Translations under genes and position numbers: made by a program
Assembly (NCBI GenBank): GCA_964614015.1
Contig: CAZTKA010000001.1
Span: forward strand, 1,249 to 65,248
Direction of reading: 5' to 3'
Origin: an uncultured Bordetella sp.
GTDB taxonomy: Bacteria; Acidobacteriota; Terriglobia; Bryobacterales; Bryobacteraceae
Length of the DNA: 64,000 nt
Notes under the pieces: model-generated
The model's input: only the letters and a program-made list of their open reading frames with translations
Databases searched by the model: none
What the model was told of the DNA's origin: nothing
Shown here: in pieces, positions 50,611 through 58,742 of the stretch
How positions within the stretch are numbered: the stretch's first letter is position 1
How the letters are laid out: each line of letters opens with the position of its first letter

Positions 50611-52010
50611 TATAGTGGGGCTTGCCTGCCGCCAGCCTCCCGCTGGATCAATTCCCACACCTGCCGCAGGTCCTCTTCCCCCGTGGCCAGGTTCCCGATG
50701 GCCATGCGCAACACAAAGCGCCCTTGCAGCGCCGTGGAAGACAGCAGCGCCTTTCCGGATGCGTTGATCTTCCGCAGCAGTGCCCGATTCTCTTCATCCG
50801 AGCCACGGTAGCGGAAGCACACCAGCGAAAAATCAACCGGGGCCGCAAGCTCGAAATCCGGATGCCGCGCGATCTCGGCTCCGATTTCCTTGGCGATGCG
50901 GATATGGCGGCGCAGCACCTCCGCGATCCCCTGGCGGCCGTAGGCGCGCAGCACAAACCACAACTTCAGCGACCGGAACCGCCGCCCGAGGGCAAGGCTG
51001 TAATCCGCCAGATTCACCGCCCGGTGCTGCGCGGACGCGGTCAGATACGGCGGAGCGTCTTCGAGCGACAGCGCGCGCCGCATCACCTCCGGCCGGCGCG
51101 TGTACAGCGCGCTGATGTCCATCGGCGCAAAGAGCCACTTGTGCGGATTCACCACCAGCGAGTCCGCCAGGGCCGCGCCGTTCAAGATGTGGCGGTGTTC
51201 CTCGAGCACCGCGGCCGAACCGGCGTAGGCCGCATCCACATGCAGCCACAATCCGTGCTCCCGCGCGATCGCCGCGATCTCGGGCACGGGATCGACGCTC
51301 GCCGCCGAGGTGGTTCCCACTGTGGCCACCACGCAGAAAGGTTTCTTCCCCCCCGCCAGATCCTCGCGGATCATTGTGTGCAGAGCCTCCGTCTGCATTC
51401 GGAACTGCGCGTCGGCGGGAACGTGGCGCACGTTGTCCAGCCCTACGCCGAGCGCGAGCGCGCCCTTGTCCACCGACGAATGCGCGTGCTCGGAACAATA
51501 CAGCCGCAGCGCCGGAAGCCGCCCCGTGCGGCGGGCCTCCGGAGCGGCCTGCTCGCGCGCGGCCAGAATCGCGTGCAGCGTCCCGGTGGAGGCCGTGTCG
51601 TGGATGATCCCAAAAAACTCCTCCGGCAAGCCCAGCCACTGCCGCAGCCAGCCGAGCGAGACCTGCTCGAGCTCGGTTGCCGCGGGCGACGTCGCCCACA
51701 GCATGTGATTGACGTTGAGCGCGGCCGCGAGCATCTCGCCCAGAATCCCCGGCCCCGACGCCGAGATGGCGAAGTAAGCCAAAAACCGCGGGTGATTCCA
51801 ATGCGTAATGCCGGGCACGATCCGCTCGCGGAAATCGCGCAGAATCGCATCCATCGGTTCGCCGTGCTCGGGCGCGGAGGCGGGCAGCCTGTCGATCAGC
51901 GCGCCGGGCCGCACATCCGGCGAGACCGGACACGTGCCGGCGTCGCGCAGATAATCAGCGATCCAGTCGACGGTCTGGTGCGCGGCAGCGCGAAATTCTT
52001 CAGGTGACAT
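50610..52010 (-). CDS. Group II PLP-dependent decarboxylase (aromatic-L-amino-acid decarboxylase family)
   Basis: ORF 50610..52166 trimmed to ATG 52010. GITHWNHPRFLAYF, HDTASTGTLHAILAAR, and PLP-Lys motif SLVVNPHKWLFAP. Confidence 0.92.
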   Translation of the reverse strand: MSPEEFRAAAHQTVDWIADYLRDAGTCPVSPDVRPGALIDRLPASAPEHGEPMDAILRDFRERIVPGITHWNHPRFLAYFAISASGPGILGEMLAAALNVNHMLWATSPAATELEQVSLGWLRQWLGLPEEFFGIIHDTASTGTLHAILAAREQAAPEARRTGRLPALRLYCSEHAHSSVDKGALALGVGLDNVRHVPADAQFRMQTEALHTMIREDLAGGKKPFCVVATVGTTSAASVDPVPEIAAIAREHGLWLHVDAAYAGSAAVLEEHRHILNGAALADSLVVNPHKWLFAPMDISALYTRRPEVMRRALSLEDAPPYLTASAQHRAVNLADYSLALGRRFRSLKLWFVLRAYGRQGIAEVLRRHIRIAKEIGAEIARHPDFELAAPVDFSLVCFRYRGSDEENRALLRKINASGKALLSSTALQGRFVLRMAIGNLATGEEDLRQVWELIQREAGGRQAPL

Positions 52011-52149
52011 GCGCCTTTCAGTGTACCGGCAAGGGAGACCCGAGTTTTCATGGCGGCCCACAAGTTGGCCTTCTGACTCCCCCGGCTCTTCCACCCCCAT
52101 GCGATCCCTCTCTGCATGATGAAGCCCGCGATGAAGAGCGGCGAACATC

Positions 52150-52977
52150 GTGTGCCCACCGGCCATCCCGACACCCGCACTGCTATCCTGGATACCAGTG
52201 CCGCCGCCGCTGAAGTTTCACCTGGAACAGTATGAAGGCCCGCTGGATCTGCTGCTCGACTTGATCCGCAAGCAGGAGATCAACATTTACGACATCCCCA
52301 TCGCCCGCATCACGCAGCAGTACCTCGAATATATGCATCACGCCGCCGAGATGAACATCGAGCTCAGCGCCGAGTTCGTGTACATGGCCGCGACGCTCAT
52401 CCACATCAAAAGCAGGACGCTGCTGCCGCGCGACCCCGAGCTCGAGAAACTCGCGCCGGAGGAAGATCCGCGCCAGGAGCTGGTCGAGCGCCTGCTCGAG
52501 CACGAACGCTTCAAGAATGCGGCCGAGATGCTGCATCAGAGGCGCGTCATCGAGGAGGCGGTGTGGTCGAACCCCCAGATTGCGCAGTTCCGCGCCGAAG
52601 ACACCGAGCCGGGCCTGGCCGTGACCCTGTTCGACCTGGTGAAGACGCTGCAAGCCGTGCTGGAGCGCGCCAAGCACCGGCCTGCGTACGAAGTCAGCGG
52701 CGACGACATTTCCGTGCCGGACATGATCCGCTACTTGCGCCATGTGTTCGAGCACGAAACAGGGCCGGTCTCCGTGCGCGAACTATTCGAGAGCCAGCGC
52801 AGCCGCCGCGCGATGATCTGCCTGTTTCTGGCGATGCTCGAGCTGGTGAAGCTGCAAGCCCTCGGCCTGACGCAGCCGGAATCCTTTGGCGAAATCGCGC
52901 TGAAGCGAATGAAGGGATTCGAGACGGCGTTCTCCGCGGGCGAAACCATCGCGGCCATTGAAGAAGGATACAACTGA
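52150..52977 (+). CDS. scpA: Segregation and condensation protein A
   Basis: FHLEQYEGPLDLLLDLIRKQEINIYDIPIARITQQY. Start is GTG 52150 or GTG 52198. Confidence 0.9.
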   Translation: MCPPAIPTPALLSWIPVPPPLKFHLEQYEGPLDLLLDLIRKQEINIYDIPIARITQQYLEYMHHAAEMNIELSAEFVYMAATLIHIKSRTLLPRDPELEKLAPEEDPRQELVERLLEHERFKNAAEMLHQRRVIEEAVWSNPQIAQFRAEDTEPGLAVTLFDLVKTLQAVLERAKHRPAYEVSGDDISVPDMIRYLRHVFEHETGPVSVRELFESQRSRRAMICLFLAMLELVKLQALGLTQPESFGEIALKRMKGFETAFSAGETIAAIEEGYN

Positions 52978-53633
52978 TGGAAGAAATGGATTTGACGCCG
53001 CAGGCACAGGACAAAACGCTGCGCGCCATCCTGGAAGCGATCATTTACGTGACCGATGAGCCGCTGACCGCGCAGCAGATCGCCGCGGCGCTGGAGCAGC
53101 CGATCGATAAGATCAAGACCCTTCTCGACGATCTGGTCGCCGAATACGCCAAACCCGAACGCGGCCTGAGCGTGCGCGAGGTCGCCGGCGGCTATACGAT
53201 GGCCACCAAGCCCGAGCATCACGAGGCCGTGCGCGCGTTTGTGAAGAAACTCACGCCCCCGCTGAAGCTGTCGCTGCCTGCTCTGGAAACACTCGCCGTA
53301 ATCGCCTACAAGCAGCCGGTGACGGCCCCCGAGATCATGGAAATTCGCGGCGTGCAGGGGGCGGGCGTGCTGAAAACCCTGCTCGACCGCAAGCTGATCC
53401 ACGAAGCGGGACGCAAAAACGTCGTCGGCCGTCCCATTCTCTACCGCACGACCAAGGAATTTCTCGTGCAGTTCGGCTTGAAGGATTTGAGCGAGCTGCC
53501 GACGCTCAAGGAGTTCGAGGAGCTCGGCCGGCTGGAACTGGTGGAAGAAGGCGTGGGCGAGGAAGCCGAGGTTGCCTCCGCCGCCGCTCCGGCGGACCCC
53601 GCCGACCCTCCCTCTGAAGGCGCCGGCGTTTGA
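52977..53633 (+). CDS. scpB: Segregation and condensation protein B
   Basis: LRAILEAIIYVTDEPLTAQQIA...ETLAVIAYKQPVTAPEIMEIRGV. The ATG overlaps the scpA stop (TGATG). Confidence 0.92.
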   Translation: MEEMDLTPQAQDKTLRAILEAIIYVTDEPLTAQQIAAALEQPIDKIKTLLDDLVAEYAKPERGLSVREVAGGYTMATKPEHHEAVRAFVKKLTPPLKLSLPALETLAVIAYKQPVTAPEIMEIRGVQGAGVLKTLLDRKLIHEAGRKNVVGRPILYRTTKEFLVQFGLKDLSELPTLKEFEELGRLELVEEGVGEEAEVASAAAPADPADPPSEGAGV

Positions 53634-53635
53634 AA

Positions 53636-54376
53636 ATGCCTGAAGAACGGCTGCAAAAAATTCTTTCACAAGCCGGCATCGCCAGCCGCCGCAAGGCCGA
53701 GCAGATGATCCTCGAGGGCCGCGTCACCGTCAACGGCGCGGTGATCACCCAGCTCGGCTCGAAGGCCGACATCAAGCGTGACCACATCAAGGTGGATGGC
53801 CGCCTGCTGCATGCTCGGCGCCAACACGTCTACATCGCGCTGAACAAGCCGCGCGAGTGCGTGACCACCGTATCCGATCCGCAAGGGCGCCGGACCGTGA
53901 TGCACCTGCTGCGCGGCCTGAAGGAGCGCGTCTATCCCGTTGGGCGCCTCGATTATTCGAGCGAAGGTTTGCTGCTGCTGACCAACGATGGCGAGTTCAC
54001 GCACCGTATCACGCATCCCTCCAACCACGTGATGAAGACGTACGCCGTCAAGGTGAACGGCCCGCTGACCGAAGAGCAGGAAAAGCAATTCCGTGAAGGC
54101 GTGCCGCTGCATGGAAAAAAGACCGCTCCCGCACAATTGAAAATGATTAAGCCGGGCATGAATCCCTGGTACGAAGTGCGCATCACCGAAGGCCGCCAGA
54201 ACCAGATCCGCACGATGTTCAAGCATTTCGGAAGGCTGGTCGAGAAACTGCGGCGGGTGAAGATCGGTTTTCTCGAGCTCGATCTGCCGCCGGGCCGCTG
54301 GCGGCATCTGACGCCACGCGAAATCGAGCGCTTTCGCAAGCTGCTCAAGCTGGATGAGGCCGGCGGGCATGTTTGA
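53636..54376 (+). CDS. rluB: 23S rRNA pseudouridine synthase, RluB/RsuA family
   Basis: S4 domain ERLQKILSQAGIASRRKAEQMILEGRVTVNG. Catalytic YPVGRLDYSSEGLLLLTNDGEF. scpA-scpB-rluB is a conserved cluster. Confidence 0.92.
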   Translation: MPEERLQKILSQAGIASRRKAEQMILEGRVTVNGAVITQLGSKADIKRDHIKVDGRLLHARRQHVYIALNKPRECVTTVSDPQGRRTVMHLLRGLKERVYPVGRLDYSSEGLLLLTNDGEFTHRITHPSNHVMKTYAVKVNGPLTEEQEKQFREGVPLHGKKTAPAQLKMIKPGMNPWYEVRITEGRQNQIRTMFKHFGRLVEKLRRVKIGFLELDLPPGRWRHLTPREIERFRKLLKLDEAGGHV

Positions 54377-54809
54377 CTGGCTGTTCGAGCCTCCGCTGCC
54401 GGTGGGCTCGTCCGCGCCTGATTTTTCGGTCCCCGACCAGGATGGCTCGCGCGTCACGCTGTCGTCCTTACGCGGGAAGAACGTGGTGCTCGTGTTCTAC
54501 CCCGCGGACAACACCAGCGTGTGCACGAAACAATTGTGCGAATTTCGCGACAGCTGGGCGGCCGTGCAGGCGAAGAACACAGTCGTATTCGGCGTGAACC
54601 CCGCGCGGCGGCATGATACATTTCGCGAGCGCTACCGGTTTCCGTTTCCGCTGCTGTATGACCAAGGGCAGAAGGTGGGCAAGCTGTACCGCGCCGCCGG
54701 AAGATTTCTGCCGAAACGCACCGTGTATTTGATCGGACCCGACGGCGTGGTCCGCTTTGCGCGGCGCGGCAAGCCCGCCCCGGCGGATGTATTGGCGGCG
54801 GCATGCTGA
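54369..54809 (+). CDS. bcp: Peroxiredoxin Bcp (thiol peroxidase, AhpC/TSA family)
   Basis: APDFSVPDQDGSRVTLSSLRGKNVVLVFYPADNTSVCTKQLCEFRD (CxxxxC). Start is ATG 54369 or the upstream 54354. Confidence 0.9.
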   Translation: MFDWLFEPPLPVGSSAPDFSVPDQDGSRVTLSSLRGKNVVLVFYPADNTSVCTKQLCEFRDSWAAVQAKNTVVFGVNPARRHDTFRERYRFPFPLLYDQGQKVGKLYRAAGRFLPKRTVYLIGPDGVVRFARRGKPAPADVLAAAC

Positions 54810-55453
54810 CGCTCCCGCGCTTTTACCCGGTCCTCGATACCGGAGTGGCGCGTGCGCGCGGCCTCGATCCGGTGCGCGTCGCCGCGGACATCCTCGAGGG
54901 CGGCGCGCGCATCTTGCAGTTCCGCCACAAGGCGTTCCTTTCGCGCGAGGCGTTCGCGTGGCTCGAACAGATCGCGGGGCTCGCGCGGCAAGCCGGCGCG
55001 ATGTTCGTCGTGAACGACCGCGCGGATTTCGCGAAACTTTTCGGTGCGGCGCTGCATCTCGGGCAAGATGACTTGTCGCCTTCGATCGCGCGGCGCGTCG
55101 CGGGGGCGGACGCGATCATCGGCTACTCCACGCACAACGAGGCGCAGTTACGCGCGGCCCTTGAGGAGCCCGCCGATTACCTCGCCCTCGGGCCGATTTT
55201 CCGCACGGCGACGAAGGAAAATCCCGACGCAGCCGTGGGCCTCGCGGAGTTGCGCCGCCTGCGGCCCATCGCCAGGGCCAGGCCCCTGGTCGCCATCGGC
55301 GGCATCGACCGTGCGAATGTGCTTGGGGTTCTTGCCGCGGGCGCCGATTCCGTGGCCGTGGTCGCGGACCTTTTCGCGGCCGACATCCGCACCCGGGTGC
55401 GGGAATGGGTCGAGCTTACTTCAGCCCCACCATCCAGTCCAACACCAGCGTGA
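54803..55453 (+). CDS. thiE: Thiamine-phosphate synthase
   Basis: FYPVLDT...ILQFRHK...VNDRADFA...LHLGQDDL...YLALGPIFRTATK...VAIGGI. Overlaps bcp by 7 nt. Confidence 0.9.
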   Translation: MLTLPRFYPVLDTGVARARGLDPVRVAADILEGGARILQFRHKAFLSREAFAWLEQIAGLARQAGAMFVVNDRADFAKLFGAALHLGQDDLSPSIARRVAGADAIIGYSTHNEAQLRAALEEPADYLALGPIFRTATKENPDAAVGLAELRRLRPIARARPLVAIGGIDRANVLGVLAAGADSVAVVADLFAADIRTRVREWVELTSAPPSSPTPA

Positions 55454-55455
55454 AA

Positions 55456-55489
55456 GAATTCACTCGCGGAATTGCGTATTCCGTGAATC
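55456..55489. terminator. Compound hairpin between convergent thiE and the amidohydrolase gene (GAATTCAC..GGAAT-TGCGT-ATTCC-GTGAATC)
   Basis: Inverted repeats read from the sequence, starting 3 nt after the thiE stop. Candidate bidirectional terminator. Confidence 0.4.
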
Positions 55490-55526
55490 CGCCTGCCCTC
55501 AGCCGCCGGAGGCTCTCGATGCCGGC

Positions 55527-56855
55527 TTACGGCGCGGTCCACTTCGCCCGCAACTCCGCGCGGTCCACCTGCGAGCCGCGCAAGTAGACTTGCGAAATCT
55601 TGCGCGTGTTGCCGATATCCTGAAGCGGATTCGCATCCAGCACCACAAAATCCGCGCTCTTGCCCGCCGCAATCGAGCCAAGCTTATCGAGCTTCAAGAT
55701 CTCCGCCGCCGTGGTCGTCGCGGCGCGCAGCACTTGCGCGGGCGTCATGCCCGCCGCGACCATGTCGGCGAGCTCCTGATGCGCGTTCCATCCGACTGCC
55801 GTCCCCGAGTCGGTGCCGAATCCGATGGTCACGCCCGCTGCGCTCAATTTCGCCAGGTTGCGCGCCTGAACGCCGAAAAACTCCTCGGCGGCCCTCTTCG
55901 CTTCCGGCGTGCGGGCCGCCGCCGCGTCGCGCATCGCCTGAACGCGCGCAGGCGGGAGGCTTTCGGCGGCGAGCGCGTAATCGGCCTCGCTCGTGCCGCG
56001 GTCCGGAAGATTCGGAATGACGAAAACGTTGGGACGCGCCTGCATCATCGTCACGAACTCATCGTCGATATCTTTATCCCGCACGCCGTGGGCGAAGCCG
56101 TCGATGCCCGCACGCAGCAGCTCCTTCGCGTCCGCCAGATAGTAAATGTGCGCCGCCACGCGGATGTTGTTCTTGTGCGCTTCGTCGATGATGGCCCGGT
56201 AGAGCGGCGGCGTCAGTTTCGGCACCGTGCCGTTGCGGTCATCCACCCAGATCTTGATCATGTCCACGTTCTTGACGGCCAGTTCCTGCGCTGCTTCGCG
56301 GGCTTGTTTTTCCGTGTCGATGCCATAGGCGACCGGCCGCCAGTAGGCCTGCCCCGGACCCGCGTTCGGCCGGCCGATGCCGCGGCCCGCGAGGCGATAC
56401 AGCGCCGCTCCGAAAGCGGCGTTCGCGCGCGCCTGATATCCGGTCTCGCCGGGGTCGATGCCCATGCTCATCACCGCCGCGATGCCGTAGTAAGCGCAGC
56501 GGTGCAGATGGTCATCCAGGTTCTCGCGCGTGTATGTGCCCGCATCGATTTGTCCGGTGGAAAGGATCGCCCAGCCCGGATGCGCGTGGTCGTCGACCAG
56601 CGCGGGGATGACCGTCTTGCCGGTGAGATCCACGCGGAAGACATCATCGGGCGCCTGCACTTCTCCCTTCTTACCCACTGCGACGAATTCGCCATTGCGA
56701 ATGAAGAACGCGGAGTTCTCGATGGGCTCGCCGTTGCCTTCCGGGATCAGCGTCGCGCCTTCAAACAGGATCGCGCCGTCGGGTCCAGGCGCGGAGGGCC
56801 GCCTGGAGCATCCGGCGAGCAAGCAGAGGAATCCAACCGCAACTAGGGTGCGCAT
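55527..56855 (-). CDS. Amidohydrolase-superfamily metallo-hydrolase, predicted lipoprotein
   Basis: ORF 55527..56987 trimmed to ATG 56855; the AGGAG RBS overlaps the upstream stop. Lipobox FLCLLAGC. Metal motif ALVDDHAHPGW. C-terminal GFGTDSG. Confidence 0.9.
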   Translation of the reverse strand: MRTLVAVGFLCLLAGCSRRPSAPGPDGAILFEGATLIPEGNGEPIENSAFFIRNGEFVAVGKKGEVQAPDDVFRVDLTGKTVIPALVDDHAHPGWAILSTGQIDAGTYTRENLDDHLHRCAYYGIAAVMSMGIDPGETGYQARANAAFGAALYRLAGRGIGRPNAGPGQAYWRPVAYGIDTEKQAREAAQELAVKNVDMIKIWVDDRNGTVPKLTPPLYRAIIDEAHKNNIRVAAHIYYLADAKELLRAGIDGFAHGVRDKDIDDEFVTMMQARPNVFVIPNLPDRGTSEADYALAAESLPPARVQAMRDAAAARTPEAKRAAEEFFGVQARNLAKLSAAGVTIGFGTDSGTAVGWNAHQELADMVAAGMTPAQVLRAATTTAAEILKLDKLGSIAAGKSADFVVLDANPLQDIGNTRKISQVYLRGSQVDRAELRAKWTAP

Positions 56856-56863
56856 CGTGTCTC

Positions 56864-57805
56864 CTATTTCCCTTCCGCGGCCCGCCCGCCGCTGAGGACG
56901 TTCGCCACGGCCAGGTTGCCTTCGTGGCAGGCGTATTCGTAGATCTGATACTCGGGGTCGCGCGTCAGCGGCATTGCAACCTTCCATGGGCGTGTGTATA
57001 CGTCGGGATCGTCCACGGTAACTTCGTAGTGAATGGTGGATTCATCGACGCGCGTGAAGCGCTCCACCAGGTGCAGCTTCTGGCTCTGGGGGATGCCCTT
57101 GATGCGCCCGGTGGCCGCGCTGGTGGCGATCCAGCCAAGTCCGTTGAAGTTCGTCGTATCGACCACCAGCGTGTCGCCGTCCCAGCGTCCCACAGAATCG
57201 CCGTTCCAGAAGCGCACGGACTCGGGCATGTGCGGGCGCCCGTCGACGGGAATGATGCGAGCCTCGTGAATCATCTCGTGAAAGATCACAACGTAGCCCG
57301 GAATCTGCACGATCTGGTAGGCGTTGTTGTAGCCGGCCGGAAACATGCCGCCCGGAACGCCGCGCGTGATGCAGCGGTCCCACACGCTCATGTGTTCCCA
57401 GGAGTCGGCCGCATGCGCCAGATCGTAGGCGCGTTTTTCCTCGGCCCAGGCTTGCACGGGCACGCGGCCATCGGGCGGATCGACGACCAGCGAAGTCTGC
57501 CTTGTCGAGAGGACTTTCGTGCCGGAGTCAAACCACACCTGGTTGTAGGTTCCGACATCGCCCGCCGCCGGGGCGCGATCGACGCGGTTGGCCGCGGCGC
57601 GCCGTTCCGCCTCGGCCGCTTCCTCCGGCGTGAGCATCGGCTTCGCCGCTTGATCCGGGGGGCGCTCGAACGGAGTGATGGTGGCGTTGGTCCACACACC
57701 TTGGAGATCGGGTTGGCTGCCGGCGGTGCGCGGGAGCTTCCATTGGGCGTGCAATGGGAGCGCGAACGCCGCGGCTGACATGAGCACGATAGCAGCGAGC
57801 TTCAT
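56864..57805 (-). CDS. Secreted protein of unknown function, paralogue family member 3
   Basis: Trimmed to ATG 57805, with GGAGG upstream. Signal peptide. PDLQGVWT; RCITRGVPG; QIVQIPGYVVIFHEMIHEARIIPVDGRPH; GRWDGDTLVVDTTNF; VERFTR; YEVTVDDP; YTRPWK; YACHEGN. Confidence 0.8.
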   Translation of the reverse strand: MKLAAIVLMSAAAFALPLHAQWKLPRTAGSQPDLQGVWTNATITPFERPPDQAAKPMLTPEEAAEAERRAAANRVDRAPAAGDVGTYNQVWFDSGTKVLSTRQTSLVVDPPDGRVPVQAWAEEKRAYDLAHAADSWEHMSVWDRCITRGVPGGMFPAGYNNAYQIVQIPGYVVIFHEMIHEARIIPVDGRPHMPESVRFWNGDSVGRWDGDTLVVDTTNFNGLGWIATSAATGRIKGIPQSQKLHLVERFTRVDESTIHYEVTVDDPDVYTRPWKVAMPLTRDPEYQIYEYACHEGNLAVANVLSGGRAAEGK

Positions 57806-58036
57806 GTGACGCCTCCTGCGTTTCGTAGTATACACATTCCGCCGTTGGCTGGTCGCCAGAGACCACCGCCTCGTCTCGCCATCGCGCGTACGGGTTGCGG
57901 ATTGGTCACGCCACGCCAGACGGTGCGGCGCTCCCGCTCGCCATCGTCGAAGGAAGATGTTTCCGGGTCGGTCTTGGCAAGGTAGTCATTCATTGCGCAG
58001 GGCTTCCGGGATCCGAAGGTCCTGGTACGCGCGTTT

Positions 58037-58065
58037 CTGTACAAAACCGCGCAGTACAGTAGAAT
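58037..58065 (+). promoter_or_regulatory. Inverted repeat CTGTAC-N11-GTACAG abutting a TAGAAT -10-like hexamer upstream of the export operon
   Basis: Read from the sequence: IR 58037-58059, TAGAAT 58060-58065. Two AAGGAGG copies follow at about 58071 and 58084, before ATG 58098. Confidence 0.3.
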
Positions 58066-58097
58066 ATATTAAGGAGGCCTGTCAAGGAGGATCCGCT

Positions 58098-58727
58098 ATG
58101 CTGACTGCATGGAGAACGGCCTTGGTACTCATGGGATTGAGTGCGGTTGCGTGGGCGCAGAATGGGCCCAACCAAGCCGCGCCGCCGGATGTTCCCGCCC
58201 CCTCGGCTCCCGACGCCAACCGGCCCTTGGCGGTGAACACGGCCACCTACGAGATTGGTCCGCAGGACTTGCTTTTCGTGGACGTGTGGAAACATGAGGA
58301 GTTCACACGCCAGCACCGGGTGCGGCCGGACGGCAAGATCACGATTCCGCTGGTGGGCGACGTGCAGGCCTCGGGCCTGTCGCCGGAGCGGCTGGGTGCG
58401 CAGTTGAAGGAGGCCCTGGCGGAGTACGTCAATGAGCCGGTGGTGAGCGTGAGCGTGCTGGACGTGCAGAGCAAGACTTACAAGATGGCGGGAGCCATCG
58501 CCAAGCCGGGAACCTATCCGATGCCCAATCCGATCCGAGTGTTCGATGCCATCAATAACGCTGGCGGTTTCCCGCCCAACAGCTTCGCCAACAAGAAGAA
58601 GATCATCATCATCCGGGAGAACAGCCCGGACCGCTTCGTATTCAACTACGAGGATTACATCAAAGGCAAGAACCTGGAGAAGAACATCTACCTGCAAAAC
58701 GGCGATACGGTGTTTGTAGAGGAATAG
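58098..58727 (+). CDS. Polysaccharide export protein (Wza/EpsE-like: Poly_export + SLBB)
   Basis: Trimmed to ATG 58098, with an AAGGAGG RBS. Signal peptide. YEIGPQDLLFVDVW...VRPDGKITIPLVGDVQASGLSPERLGAQLKEALAEYVNEPVVSVSV. Confidence 0.9.
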   Translation: MLTAWRTALVLMGLSAVAWAQNGPNQAAPPDVPAPSAPDANRPLAVNTATYEIGPQDLLFVDVWKHEEFTRQHRVRPDGKITIPLVGDVQASGLSPERLGAQLKEALAEYVNEPVVSVSVLDVQSKTYKMAGAIAKPGTYPMPNPIRVFDAINNAGGFPPNSFANKKKIIIIRENSPDRFVFNYEDYIKGKNLEKNIYLQNGDTVFVEE

Positions 58728-58742
58728 GAGGAGCGGCACGGG

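Noticed and set aside
55044-56846. 600-aa ORF on the plus strand
   Set aside because: It is antisense to the amidohydrolase lipoprotein gene, which has a lipobox, an HxH metal motif and a strong RBS. The translation is Arg-rich junk.
57802-58044. 80-aa minus-strand ORF in the export-operon upstream region
   Set aside because: It overlaps the start of the paralogue-3 gene, has no RBS, and has an unconvincing composition. The region is treated as non-coding leader/promoter.
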